Of a DNA stretch of 64,000 nt, positions 41,607-50,949 are shown piece by piece. The DNA lies in IMG/VR virus record IMGVR_UViG_3300039171_000040, positions 1 through 64,000 of that record. One strand, given 5' to 3'. Each line of letters begins with the position of its first letter. The first letter of the stretch is position 1. This stretch comes from an uncultured virus (IMG/VR IMGVR_UViG_3300039171_000040) (lineage: Duplodnaviria; Heunggongvirae; Uroviricota; Caudoviricetes). The notes under the pieces were generated by a model. The model had not been told where the DNA came from. It saw nothing but the letters and a program-made list of their open reading frames with translations, and searched no databases. The position numbers were made by a program, and so were the translations under genes.

Positions 41607-41627
41607 GCGGGGTTAGCTCAGTGGTAG
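41607..41627 (+). pseudogene. 5' fragment of a tRNA gene
   Basis: GCGGGGT-TAGCTCAGTGGTAG is an acceptor 5' strand plus D arm; the rest is absent. Confidence 0.5.
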
Positions 41628-41906
41628 TAAGAAATGTCAACAAGAAGCAAACAAAAAGGATGGTTTAGACTTTTAAAACAGGTCAAAGAATCTGAAATGG
41701 AATTTCTTGAATACGGTGTAGAGAAAATCCGTTGGGAATCTCACCACGACACACTGATTGATGCCATATTTTATGATCGTCAACCAAGAACAATCCAGAA
41801 GTCTTGGAAGACCCATAGAAAAACACAATACAAACCCCTTTGATGGGGTTTTTTAGTTTGTGGTGATTGATAAATAGATACATAACACAAACGATAAGGT
41901 TTCTTT

Positions 41907-42782
41907 ATGATTCCATTCTCAAAATTCATCAACGAGGTCAAGATCATTGGCCGTGGCGCTCCTAAGCAGCCGTTGAAAGACTCTGATACGATCAGGGTAT
42001 ACCATGGGGCATCTGATATTGAAACCATCGTCAAAGCCCTTACATACGGTCTGAGTGGCGACAGAAAAGCACCTAGACGCTACTCTTATGAAAATAACAA
42101 CAATCCAACAGGTCTGTTCGTAAGTCCTGATTTGGATGTGTCAAAAGAGTTTGGTGATTACATTCTAGAATTCCATACCCGCGTGTCTGACTTGATAGCT
42201 CCTATTTGGCCCGGAGGTTCATTCACGGTTCAAGGTGGAATGGCACAGAGTTTTTCTGACGAAGATGAAAGAACAGTTGAACGAGCCGCACAAAAAGCCC
42301 GAATCACAAAAGACGCATCCGAACACATTCTCAAAAGTGAAAGCCCTGACGTTGCGTACTGGTTAATGGACACAGGCGAAACACAGGCATTATTCACTGG
42401 AAATCTGAACAAGAACTCTGTAAGAGCAGTGTGGGTGAGTACAAACCCCGAAAGAATCAATCAACCGTACAAAAGAATGAAGCCAAAAGAGTTCATGAAA
42501 CAATTTAATACGACTGGTATTGATAATCGGTTTGGATCAAAGTTTGGGCCTGATAACATACAAGCAAAACAGATGAGGGATGTGAAAAATAGACTGGTTG
42601 AGCCTAGAGAAAACATTACACTGGATATTCTTGTTAGTCGGTATGTTGAAAAGTTTTCTCATATGACTCGTGACGGAATTATTGACATTCTCAGAAAAAG
42701 TCCTGACTATATTGATCGCGCTGTCTGGAACCAAAAACAAGTGAATCAGGTTCAGAAAGACTTGCAATCACTCAAAAAATAA
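41907..42782 (+). CDS. Putative capsid-packaged ADP-ribosyltransferase-fold protein
   Basis: CTS-like MIPFSKFINE; RVYHG..GL..GLFVSPD..VS.EFG pattern; GATAAATA at 41869. Confidence 0.6.
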   Translation: MIPFSKFINEVKIIGRGAPKQPLKDSDTIRVYHGASDIETIVKALTYGLSGDRKAPRRYSYENNNNPTGLFVSPDLDVSKEFGDYILEFHTRVSDLIAPIWPGGSFTVQGGMAQSFSDEDERTVERAAQKARITKDASEHILKSESPDVAYWLMDTGETQALFTGNLNKNSVRAVWVSTNPERINQPYKRMKPKEFMKQFNTTGIDNRFGSKFGPDNIQAKQMRDVKNRLVEPRENITLDILVSRYVEKFSHMTRDGIIDILRKSPDYIDRAVWNQKQVNQVQKDLQSLKK

Positions 42783-42793
42783 AGAGAATTATA

Positions 42794-44383
42794 ATGCTAC
42801 CATTCGCAAAATATTTTTACGATACACAACTAGATGAAGCTAGAAAAAATGCAGCACAGCCATCACAAAAGAGAATGGATGCTATAGAAACACTTGCTCA
42901 GTACGCTAAAGATAAAGACGTACACATTACATATACAATATTGGATAAAGTGGGTATAAATCCAAAATCAAAATTTCCTGATACACCATTAGCAGTATTC
43001 ACATACCCACTAGCTCAGGTATGGAAAGACTTAAAATCTCATGGCATAACCAACGTACCATTTGCCGCAGGGCGGGCAAACTATGTTTATGTGTTAAGAG
43101 AAAAAGGTAGAAGTGTAGATGTTTCAGATTACAAATTATCCAATTTGAAATCCGATTTGAAATCTTTAGAAAAAATGTGGGGTGAAGAATCATACAACGA
43201 AATTATAACTGGTCACGAAAGTTCGCTTTCTGATATGGGTGTTGGTGATAGACAACACCAAAAACGAATAAAAGATAAACCATTTGGTTATCTGAAAGAA
43301 CTATTATATAGGTATGGTGATTATATTAGTTCTTCAAAAGCTTCTTCTTATATGGCAACCGCACTAATAAAACTTGGTTATACGATAATTACAGATAAGA
43401 AAGGAACAGGACAGATTCACCCTTCTGAACCCATGCAAGCCTTTTTCTTGAAATCTAGCTCTTATGATGTTATTGATAAGATTGATTTGAAATATGGTGA
43501 TAAGTCTGTGGCGAGTGTTAGAGATATTAGAACAATGCTTAAAGCAGGTGATACATTATCTGATGCCGATTTGTTGGATGCTATATCACAAGAACCGCGA
43601 TTATTAAAATATGTGAAAAATCCTAGTGATGATTTGATCATACACGCCTATAATACAAACCTTGGGGAATGGTTTGCACCAAAGAACCCGTATAAGGATA
43701 TGACAGACCATGATCATGACAGACCATCTCGTGGTATGGTGAAAGGATTTTCTGCCATAATGTCATTATCAAAAATCAGTGATCGTGTGTTTTCTTACAT
43801 AGCTGCCAAAAATTTTGGTGATATAGTAAGATGGTCATTAATCAAAGAAAAAAGTCTCACACCAAAAAAACTTAATATTGTGATGGATGCTATTGATGAA
43901 AATATAATGGAAAATATTAAAATTAATTACTTAGTTGCTCTCATTAAAAAGACTCGGGGCGTAAGTGATTCTGATATGGACAAGTATATTGAAAAATTCC
44001 CGAACTTAGAATTTAAAGTTAGAAGTGACAAAGAGATAGAGAAAAAAATGCGTGATTCTATAATGAATGCTGAATACACTTTTCGATTATACGATGGGAG
44101 TTATCCATACAATGAAGTGTATTTTGATGCCTTGGCCGATAGAATTGAAAGTATAAAAAATTCATCTTTGCAAAATACCGAATTGAGTAAATTTGCTAGT
44201 AAAATTAAGGATACTAAAGGCTTTCCAAAACCACCAAAGCAGGTCAGCCAAAGAATGATAAAGATTCTTCTTGCCTATCACGAAGAAAAGAAAGATAACA
44301 AATTTTATACTGATATGAACGGCCCTAGAAGTACCCAAAGCGAATTAGAAGTTTTTGGATATAAAGGTGTTGCAATCGGATGA
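42794..44383 (+). CDS. Putative capsid-packaged internal protein, 529 aa
   Basis: CTS-like MLPFAKYF..QLDE; KVGINPKS..DTPL.VFTYPL and GQIHPSEPMQA motifs. Confidence 0.55.
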   Translation: MLPFAKYFYDTQLDEARKNAAQPSQKRMDAIETLAQYAKDKDVHITYTILDKVGINPKSKFPDTPLAVFTYPLAQVWKDLKSHGITNVPFAAGRANYVYVLREKGRSVDVSDYKLSNLKSDLKSLEKMWGEESYNEIITGHESSLSDMGVGDRQHQKRIKDKPFGYLKELLYRYGDYISSSKASSYMATALIKLGYTIITDKKGTGQIHPSEPMQAFFLKSSSYDVIDKIDLKYGDKSVASVRDIRTMLKAGDTLSDADLLDAISQEPRLLKYVKNPSDDLIIHAYNTNLGEWFAPKNPYKDMTDHDHDRPSRGMVKGFSAIMSLSKISDRVFSYIAAKNFGDIVRWSLIKEKSLTPKKLNIVMDAIDENIMENIKINYLVALIKKTRGVSDSDMDKYIEKFPNLEFKVRSDKEIEKKMRDSIMNAEYTFRLYDGSYPYNEVYFDALADRIESIKNSSLQNTELSKFASKIKDTKGFPKPPKQVSQRMIKILLAYHEEKKDNKFYTDMNGPRSTQSELEVFGYKGVAIG

Positions 44384-44423
44384 ATAATCTGTATAATTAG
44401 AATAAATCAAAAAGAGAATTATC

Positions 44424-44717
44424 ATGAAGCCATTTACACAATACATTCAAGAAAAAGTTGCACTGTATCACAGCTTTTACCGTGATGCCGTTCAAGCCGC
44501 TCTAGACGATGCAACAGCCAAAGGCTGGACATGGGATGATCAGAATGAAATGATCATGGCTACAAGCAACCACAAACCCTCTGTTGGCAAAACTACAAGC
44601 TGGACAATGCCTGTGTACAAAGAAAAGAATGGTAGAACAACAGAGGCATTGTTATCAGTTCAAATCTATGGAATGGATAACAACAAGTATGAACTCAACC
44701 ATTACATTAGTCGATAG
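44424..44717 (+). CDS. Putative internal head protein
   Basis: CTS-like MKPFTQYIQE. Confidence 0.65.
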   Translation: MKPFTQYIQEKVALYHSFYRDAVQAALDDATAKGWTWDDQNEMIMATSNHKPSVGKTTSWTMPVYKEKNGRTTEALLSVQIYGMDNNKYELNHYISR

Positions 44718-44732
44718 AAAATAATTTCACAC

Positions 44733-44766
44733 AGGGCTTGCAAAAGCCCTTTTTTATTGCTAAGAT
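44733..44766 (+). promoter_or_regulatory. Fused terminator-promoter cassette family C (also 52266-52300, 58881-58918)
   Basis: GGG(GG)C-TTGCAA..-CCC-T-tract hairpin containing the -35; exactly 17 bp to TAAGAT/TACTCT/TAGACT. Confidence 0.8.
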
Positions 44767-44808
44767 GGTTGTGTTGAATGAGGAAACAACCAATTAGGAG
44801 ATTAGATC

Positions 44809-45267
44809 ATGGATAACACCAAGATGCTTGCAGAAACACTTGCTTCCGACATCGAAGTTGTTTTGAGAAAGAACTTCCCCAACGGGTACATTCGTGCCTT
44901 CTATTCAAACAACCTTGCTCCTGTCGTGTTCGTTAGCTTCGGTTTGATCGAAGACATCAATGATGTGGCTAACAAGATTCGTCACAACGATCCACTGATT
45001 CACTCTTTTTGTGTTCACATCAACGGCGAAGACAGCTACGAAGCAAGCTCTTCCATGAGTGGTCTTAGCGTTAACCCAGAGGCTGGTTCTTATATGGCAA
45101 TGGGTAACATCAAAACCCCATTCCGCAAGACCACAGGTGACTCTAAGAAGATCGTAAAAGCATTCACACGGTTTGCTTCTCGTGTTGCCAAGATCGTTGA
45201 AGATAACAAAGCTGACATCTACGGTGTTGAAAGGATTGACCCAAAATACTTAGAAGTTATTTTGTAA
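44809..45267 (+). CDS. Early hypothetical protein
   Basis: Family C promoter and TAGGAG RBS; codon usage typical of high expression. Confidence 0.7.
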   Translation: MDNTKMLAETLASDIEVVLRKNFPNGYIRAFYSNNLAPVVFVSFGLIEDINDVANKIRHNDPLIHSFCVHINGEDSYEASSSMSGLSVNPEAGSYMAMGNIKTPFRKTTGDSKKIVKAFTRFASRVAKIVEDNKADIYGVERIDPKYLEVIL

Positions 45268-45660
45268 ATAGTTCTTGCACAAAATCCCTTGGTATGAAAT
45301 AATACGTTCGTACTAAGGGATTGACCACTTACTAGGAGATTTTCATGAACAAGACCACGATGTTTTTAGAAACCATTTCAAAGACTGCTAAAAATCTGAT
45401 TCTTGACAACATTGCTAATCATTACGGTATTAGCCGCGATGAAGCATTTGAAGAAGTTGTTGATGATGAAGCAGAACATTTGTTAGAGTATGTAACTGGT
45501 GTCGAGCGTAACGCGACTTTGATTCTGATGAAAAAATATGGGTACGCATAACATGATCAATTTCTCTAAAGTAGTAGACACACCCAGTCAGTTGTGACAT
45601 AATATCTGTGTTGAGTAAGGGGGGACTTCCCCAAAATTGAAAACCAAAAGGTAATATATT

Positions 45661-45804
45661 ATGAAAATGTTCTTTGACGCACGTTCAGCCGCACGTAACT
45701 TCAAAAAATCTTCTGTTAACGCTGTAAAAGTTGTTGACAGCAAATCAAACCCAAGCGCAAAAGGCAGCCGGTGGGCTGTAGTTTCTCCCAACCGAAAAGC
45801 CTAA
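45661..45804 (+). CDS. Small basic early protein, 47 aa (below ORF-track cutoff)
   Basis: AAAGGT RBS; MKMFFDARSAARNFKK..KGSRWAVV..KA*. Confidence 0.65.
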   Translation: MKMFFDARSAARNFKKSSVNAVKVVDSKSNPSAKGSRWAVVSPNRKA

Positions 45805-45870
45805 CATCTAAATAGTTAGTATACACTGAAAAGGCCATTCATTTGGCCTTTTTTCTTATCGGGAACACTC

Positions 45871-46461
45871 ATGACAATCAGCAAAGATTTAGCTTCAAGG
45901 TTAGCTAAGTACAATAAACCAACAGAGAAAAACTACATCAACAAAACAGGGTTCTGGATTTCTCCAAAAGGAAAGATAACAGACACCAACAACAAGAATC
46001 ATATTGATCAGATTATATCCTCACCCACCAGTTTTAATATTAGTTCTAGTTACATCAAATCCGAACACGAAAAATACGGTGAGCGAATTGGTAAAGAAGG
46101 GGATGCTCGTGATAATATCATGACAAAGGTGTTGCAAGATGGCTGGATTCGTGTTAGGGCGCGTAGAAACTTTATCTCTGTTCAAGTCTGGGAATTCTCA
46201 CGCAAGACGATTAAGAATTTGGAAGACTTTGCTACACAGGGGCTAGAGTCTGGCTTTTCCGGTGAGTTTATACAGCCTAACGAGATGTTCAAGGTGTCTT
46301 CACTCAGCAATGGTAGAGCAAGGCAGGTTGAAGTTGAAAGCCTCGCTAAAGGGGGTCTGGTTGAGTCGTGTGAGTTCGATACATATTCAGGGTTCTTGAT
46401 TGAAGAGTCCATGCCTACATTAAAAGAATTCATAAATAACAAGAAAAACGAACTAAAATAA
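45871..46461 (+). CDS. Late hypothetical protein with C-terminal CTS-like segment
   Basis: CTAAATA at 45808; GFWISP.G..H..GWIRVR; ends LIEESMPTLKEFINNKK. Confidence 0.6.
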   Translation: MTISKDLASRLAKYNKPTEKNYINKTGFWISPKGKITDTNNKNHIDQIISSPTSFNISSSYIKSEHEKYGERIGKEGDARDNIMTKVLQDGWIRVRARRNFISVQVWEFSRKTIKNLEDFATQGLESGFSGEFIQPNEMFKVSSLSNGRARQVEVESLAKGGLVESCEFDTYSGFLIEESMPTLKEFINNKKNELK

Positions 46462-46476
46462 AATGGGTATAAAAAC

Positions 46477-47316
46477 ATGAAAAAGTTTACTGAATTTACA
46501 AATGAATTGATCAGTGAAAAGCTGATCACATTTGGCGGAAGGGCTTATCCAAAGTTTGGACAAGTGGTTATTTTGGCAGGCGGAGCAGGTAGCGGGAAAG
46601 GCTTCGTACTTGAAAAGCTTCTGGGTATTGAGGGAGCTGTATTGGATGTTGACGCACTCAAGAAATTGGTAATGGGTTCTAAGGAAATGTCTAAGCGCAT
46701 TAAAGATGAAACTGGACAGGACATTAAAAATTTCGATTTGAAAAAATCAGAGAACGTGTCTAAGTTGCATGAGCTTCTGTCTGATGTGTATGGCATTACC
46801 AAGGCAAACGAACGTAGAATTTTTACGGGTGCGCTTGCTGCCCCTGCTGATCGCAAACCCAACATTATCTTTGACGTAACTCTAAAAGATATGAGAAAGC
46901 TGGAAAAACTTACAAGGAATGCTCTTGAGCTTGGTTATCAAAAAGAAAACATTCATCTTGTATGGGTGATCAATGACGTTGCTATTGCCATGGAACAGAA
47001 TACTGGCCGTGACAGAGTTGTACCAGAAGAGATTCTTCTATCTACTCATGAAGGCGCAAGCCTTACAATGCGTAAACTGGTTGATACAGATTCAAAAATT
47101 TCTAAGTATCTGGATGGTGATATCTGGTTTTCGTTTAATAAAGTGGGTGTTGATACAGAGTTGTCAAAATCTAAACAAGGTGGTTCTTATATTTCTGATG
47201 CTAACTACATTCAGATTAAAAAGAAAGGCCAAAAACCAATGAATTTGTTGGATATTGGTGATAGACTACTTTTGAAAATACAATTCTACACACCACAAAC
47301 AAAAGCATGGAACTAA
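46477..47316 (+). CDS. Zeta-toxin-like P-loop kinase, putatively capsid-packaged
   Basis: CTS-like MKKFTEFTNELISE; AGGAGSGKG, LDVD, IIFDVT and N..RDRVVPE..L..TH motifs. Confidence 0.75.
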   Translation: MKKFTEFTNELISEKLITFGGRAYPKFGQVVILAGGAGSGKGFVLEKLLGIEGAVLDVDALKKLVMGSKEMSKRIKDETGQDIKNFDLKKSENVSKLHELLSDVYGITKANERRIFTGALAAPADRKPNIIFDVTLKDMRKLEKLTRNALELGYQKENIHLVWVINDVAIAMEQNTGRDRVVPEEILLSTHEGASLTMRKLVDTDSKISKYLDGDIWFSFNKVGVDTELSKSKQGGSYISDANYIQIKKKGQKPMNLLDIGDRLLLKIQFYTPQTKAWN

Positions 47317-47397
47317 AAAATATCCTTTGACAGATGGGCACCCGAAGGTGCTATACTGTTGTTCTGATGAGAGATTAACCAACCAAGAGGAATTATT

Positions 47398-47877
47398 TTG
47401 AAAATCTACTTCGACATGGATGGGGTTATTGCTGATTGGGTCGCAGGATTCAATGCAACCTTTCCCATTTCCTACGATGTCTTTAACGCATTGCCTCGTG
47501 ATCGGTATGATGCATATAAAAACCTGATCCAAAACACCCCAAACTTTTTTTATGACTTGCCCGCTTTCTCTAAAACTGTTTCTATTTTGAAGAAATTGAT
47601 TGCTGATGGCTATGACGTTGAAATCATGACCAGCGCAGGAACCAACAATACCGCTAAAATCGTCAAGCAAAAGAAAAATTGGTTGAAGAAAAACGGAATC
47701 AATGCCCCGTTCAATTTCACCACCACCAGCAAAGACAAAGCAAAATTTGCGAGTCCAGACACTGTGTTGATTGATGATCGAGAAAAAAGCACCAAACCCT
47801 TCAAAGCCGCAGGTGGTAACATCATTCTTCACACTGATGGTAATAACCTGATGAAAGAACTTAAAAAATACCTGTAA
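47398..47877 (+). CDS. HAD 5'(3')-deoxyribonucleotidase (NT5C-like)
   Basis: IYFDMDGVIADW, IMTS, K..WL and LIDD motifs. Confidence 0.88.
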   Translation: MKIYFDMDGVIADWVAGFNATFPISYDVFNALPRDRYDAYKNLIQNTPNFFYDLPAFSKTVSILKKLIADGYDVEIMTSAGTNNTAKIVKQKKNWLKKNGINAPFNFTTTSKDKAKFASPDTVLIDDREKSTKPFKAAGGNIILHTDGNNLMKELKKYL

Positions 47878-47958
47878 ATTGATTTACTATCATTGTCTAT
47901 TATGAGATAATGAGTACGTAAGAGAAATAAACTACTTAGATTGATGAGATGCTATATT

Positions 47959-48468
47959 ATGAAAAAATTACTCGCTATTACTTTACTCGTTTCTGCATTT
48001 TCCGCACCAACCCTAGCCGAAAATATATTCACACCAGATAACTTAGATGATTGGACCTATTCAATCTCATACAACTTTTACACCTCACACTACCTTAGTG
48101 ATGGTTATATTGATGAGGATGATGGTAAATTTGTTGAGTGGAATGAAACCAACAATCTTTTTGGTTTTCGTGTTAATGTAAATGAAAATATTGGCTACTT
48201 CATTGCCACTGGTAAAAACAGTTTCTATGAAACATCGGTTATGAGTGGGATTGAATTTTCAACCGCTCATGAAATTATTGAATATGGATTTGATGCTGGA
48301 CTTGCCACTGGATACGAGAAATTTGTGTCTTTTGAAGTTCTTCCTTTTGTAAATCCTTTTGTAAAACTTAACCTAAAACTAACAGATAAATTGACTGCCT
48401 CTGTGAGAGTTGGTAATATGAACTTTATGGCTACAAACGCCTTCTTTGAACTTAAAATGGGATTCTAA
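47959..48468 (+). CDS. Outer-membrane beta-barrel, PagP-like
   Basis: Signal peptide MKKLLAITLL..TLA; SH, WNE.N..FG and KNSF motifs; C-terminal Phe. Confidence 0.55.
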   Translation: MKKLLAITLLVSAFSAPTLAENIFTPDNLDDWTYSISYNFYTSHYLSDGYIDEDDGKFVEWNETNNLFGFRVNVNENIGYFIATGKNSFYETSVMSGIEFSTAHEIIEYGFDAGLATGYEKFVSFEVLPFVNPFVKLNLKLTDKLTASVRVGNMNFMATNAFFELKMGF

Positions 48469-48478
48469 AGGATCAGAA

Positions 48479-50935
48479 ATGAAACCACTACACTCTAGTA
48501 ATAAGCTTGTTTCCAGTGTCAACAACACCACATCATTTAAAATGGAAACATCTGCTGAAACATTTGAAATTTTCAGTAGTCAGATTTACGAACACAAGGC
48601 CCGCGCCATCATTCGTGAACTTTCATGTAACGCACATGATGCCCATGTGGATGCAGGTAAGCGTGAAGTGCCATTCTACATCCACTTTCCAACAATATTT
48701 GAGCCATGGTTTTCTGTTGAAGATTTTGGCGTAGGTCTTGACGACTATGATATTCGGGGTGAAGAAAAGGTTCTGTATGATTCTGATGGTAATGAAGCAT
48801 CACGGTATATGGAAGGTGGTATCTACACTACCTACTTTGCATCATCAAAGCGTGAAAGTAATGAGTCTATCGGTCATTTGGGGCTAGGTTCAAAATCACC
48901 TATGGCATACACCAAGTCTATGACTGTTGTAGCTAGGAAAGACGGTGTAGAGCGTCATTACGTATGTTTTATTGGTGAGGACGGACAACCCCAAACAACA
49001 TTTAACAGCGAACATGAAACTGATCAGGGCAATGGTGTAAAGGTTAGTTTCTCTGTGTCAAGTGACGATTTTGAAGAATTCCGCAGAGAAGCACAATTTG
49101 TTCTTTCATTGCTTCGTGTAAAGCCAGAAAGCAACATCACTATTGAGCCATTTCTTTCAGAAGAAGAGTGTTCTGAATTGCGTGATGAAGGTACGCTGAT
49201 CATTAAAAACACACATCCGTTTGTTCAACACGAAACAGCGGCTGTGTACGCTAACATGGGTGGTGTCGTTTATCCTGTTCGCAATATTGATTTCTACTTT
49301 CTAGGGAAAACTGTTCTTGTTAATGAAGATGCCTATAACACTGGTGAAGAAGATACACCCATCTATCACGACTTTGACAAGGCTACTGTTTCTTTTATTA
49401 AAAACGTGACAGATCGTAGCAATCGCTGCATCATTGTTAACTTTGACATTGGGCAACTTTCTTTCATGCCTTCACGCGAGGGTCTTTCTCAGGACACCAC
49501 AACAAAGCTGAATCTGTATAAGAGATTGGTTGGGTCTTTTGAACAAAAAGTTTTTGAACTTAAATCAAAGATAGAAGAATGTGGATCACCGCTGGAAGCT
49601 ATCAATAAGTTTGGTGAATTTTCATCACCTACTGATATGTTTGCCATGGACTATAATTATAAAGGTCAATCTATTTCACAGATTTCGCACAAACGAGCTT
49701 TTACAGGAATCCGTGATTGGTTAAGTAGTGAAGATTCAGAAAAGTTTGTAATGCACTACAAAGATTATGTTGGGAGCAACTCATGGACTCGATCAGAAAA
49801 AAATACGTGTGTGCGTAGGCAGAACATCTTTACAATGAATAACTATCATCTGTATTATTTGATGAAAGAAAAAAATCAAGATTCATTCGATTGTTTTTAC
49901 TGTAATGAAAAAGATGATTATAAAGGACTTTCAAAAGCGATTCGATTATACATCAATCAATCTGATATTAATGGTGAACGGGTTATGTTCTTTTACACTC
50001 CTGTAGAATCAGAAGTGTTTAAAAAAGTTAGTGACGTTCTTTACGGCAATGTTCGGTATCGTCATATCTCTGAGCTTGTTGAAGAAGTCAAGGTTATTGA
50101 ACCAACATTCTTTGATAAGAAAACTCGGGCTGTATCTGGTGGTCGAAAAGTTTCAAAGAAAAATGAAACAAAAGCAAAACTGATCAGATGGGATAGTAAA
50201 GAAAAATCTTATATTTTTACTGACAAACAGGTTCTGGTTAACCTAGACAAGTTAAACCATAGCAATTGTGTGTGGGTTAATTATTGTGATATGGGATTAA
50301 GCGCAAACTATTCCATTGAAGTAGGTGGGTCGGTACAAACGATATCACGATCAAAGCTTATAAAAATATTGGAAGATTTTAATATCAAGGTTGTTTTGAT
50401 TGCCAATAAAAAGAATGGTGCTAAAATTGCCCGTTCTGGACTCTCTAACATCAATGAGGTGATTAAACCAGTCTTTGACGCACACTATGACACCATCTTG
50501 AAAAGTCGTGTGTATGCGCGTCTGGATTCGGTGTACAGGGTTGATGATGAATCTGAGATTTTTGACAGATTTGTTAGGATGCAATTTAACTCAGAAAGAA
50601 ACTTGTTCAAATACCTTTACAAAAGCGACACAGAATATTCTCAACCAATGATTCAGTTTGTGGTTGACAAGGTGATTAAATTCAGAGAGGAAAATGCCTG
50701 TCAAGAAAATTTCTTTGATAGCCTGAGAGAATTTGTTGATGCGGAAGAGGTAGATAAGCTGGTGATCGCTAATAGATCGTTTGATTCTGATATTCATGAT
50801 GAAATTGAACAGATTATGAAATCCATAAGAACTAGATATCCGCTTCTTTTTGGTGTTGACGAAGACGAATCTCTTGTGTTAGAGTACGTCGAGATGATCA
50901 ATGAAAGAAACCACAAACAAATGAAATTAGCATAA
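48479..50935 (+). CDS. rIIA: rIIA protein
   Basis: GHKL-type IY..K.RA.IRELSCNA.DAH, DFGVGL, SSKRESN..IG..GLGSKSP.AY and PSREGL motifs. Confidence 0.93.
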   Translation: MKPLHSSNKLVSSVNNTTSFKMETSAETFEIFSSQIYEHKARAIIRELSCNAHDAHVDAGKREVPFYIHFPTIFEPWFSVEDFGVGLDDYDIRGEEKVLYDSDGNEASRYMEGGIYTTYFASSKRESNESIGHLGLGSKSPMAYTKSMTVVARKDGVERHYVCFIGEDGQPQTTFNSEHETDQGNGVKVSFSVSSDDFEEFRREAQFVLSLLRVKPESNITIEPFLSEEECSELRDEGTLIIKNTHPFVQHETAAVYANMGGVVYPVRNIDFYFLGKTVLVNEDAYNTGEEDTPIYHDFDKATVSFIKNVTDRSNRCIIVNFDIGQLSFMPSREGLSQDTTTKLNLYKRLVGSFEQKVFELKSKIEECGSPLEAINKFGEFSSPTDMFAMDYNYKGQSISQISHKRAFTGIRDWLSSEDSEKFVMHYKDYVGSNSWTRSEKNTCVRRQNIFTMNNYHLYYLMKEKNQDSFDCFYCNEKDDYKGLSKAIRLYINQSDINGERVMFFYTPVESEVFKKVSDVLYGNVRYRHISELVEEVKVIEPTFFDKKTRAVSGGRKVSKKNETKAKLIRWDSKEKSYIFTDKQVLVNLDKLNHSNCVWVNYCDMGLSANYSIEVGGSVQTISRSKLIKILEDFNIKVVLIANKKNGAKIARSGLSNINEVIKPVFDAHYDTILKSRVYARLDSVYRVDDESEIFDRFVRMQFNSERNLFKYLYKSDTEYSQPMIQFVVDKVIKFREENACQENFFDSLREFVDAEEVDKLVIANRSFDSDIHDEIEQIMKSIRTRYPLLFGVDEDESLVLEYVEMINERNHKQMKLA

Positions 50936-50949
50936 AGGAAAGTATTAGT

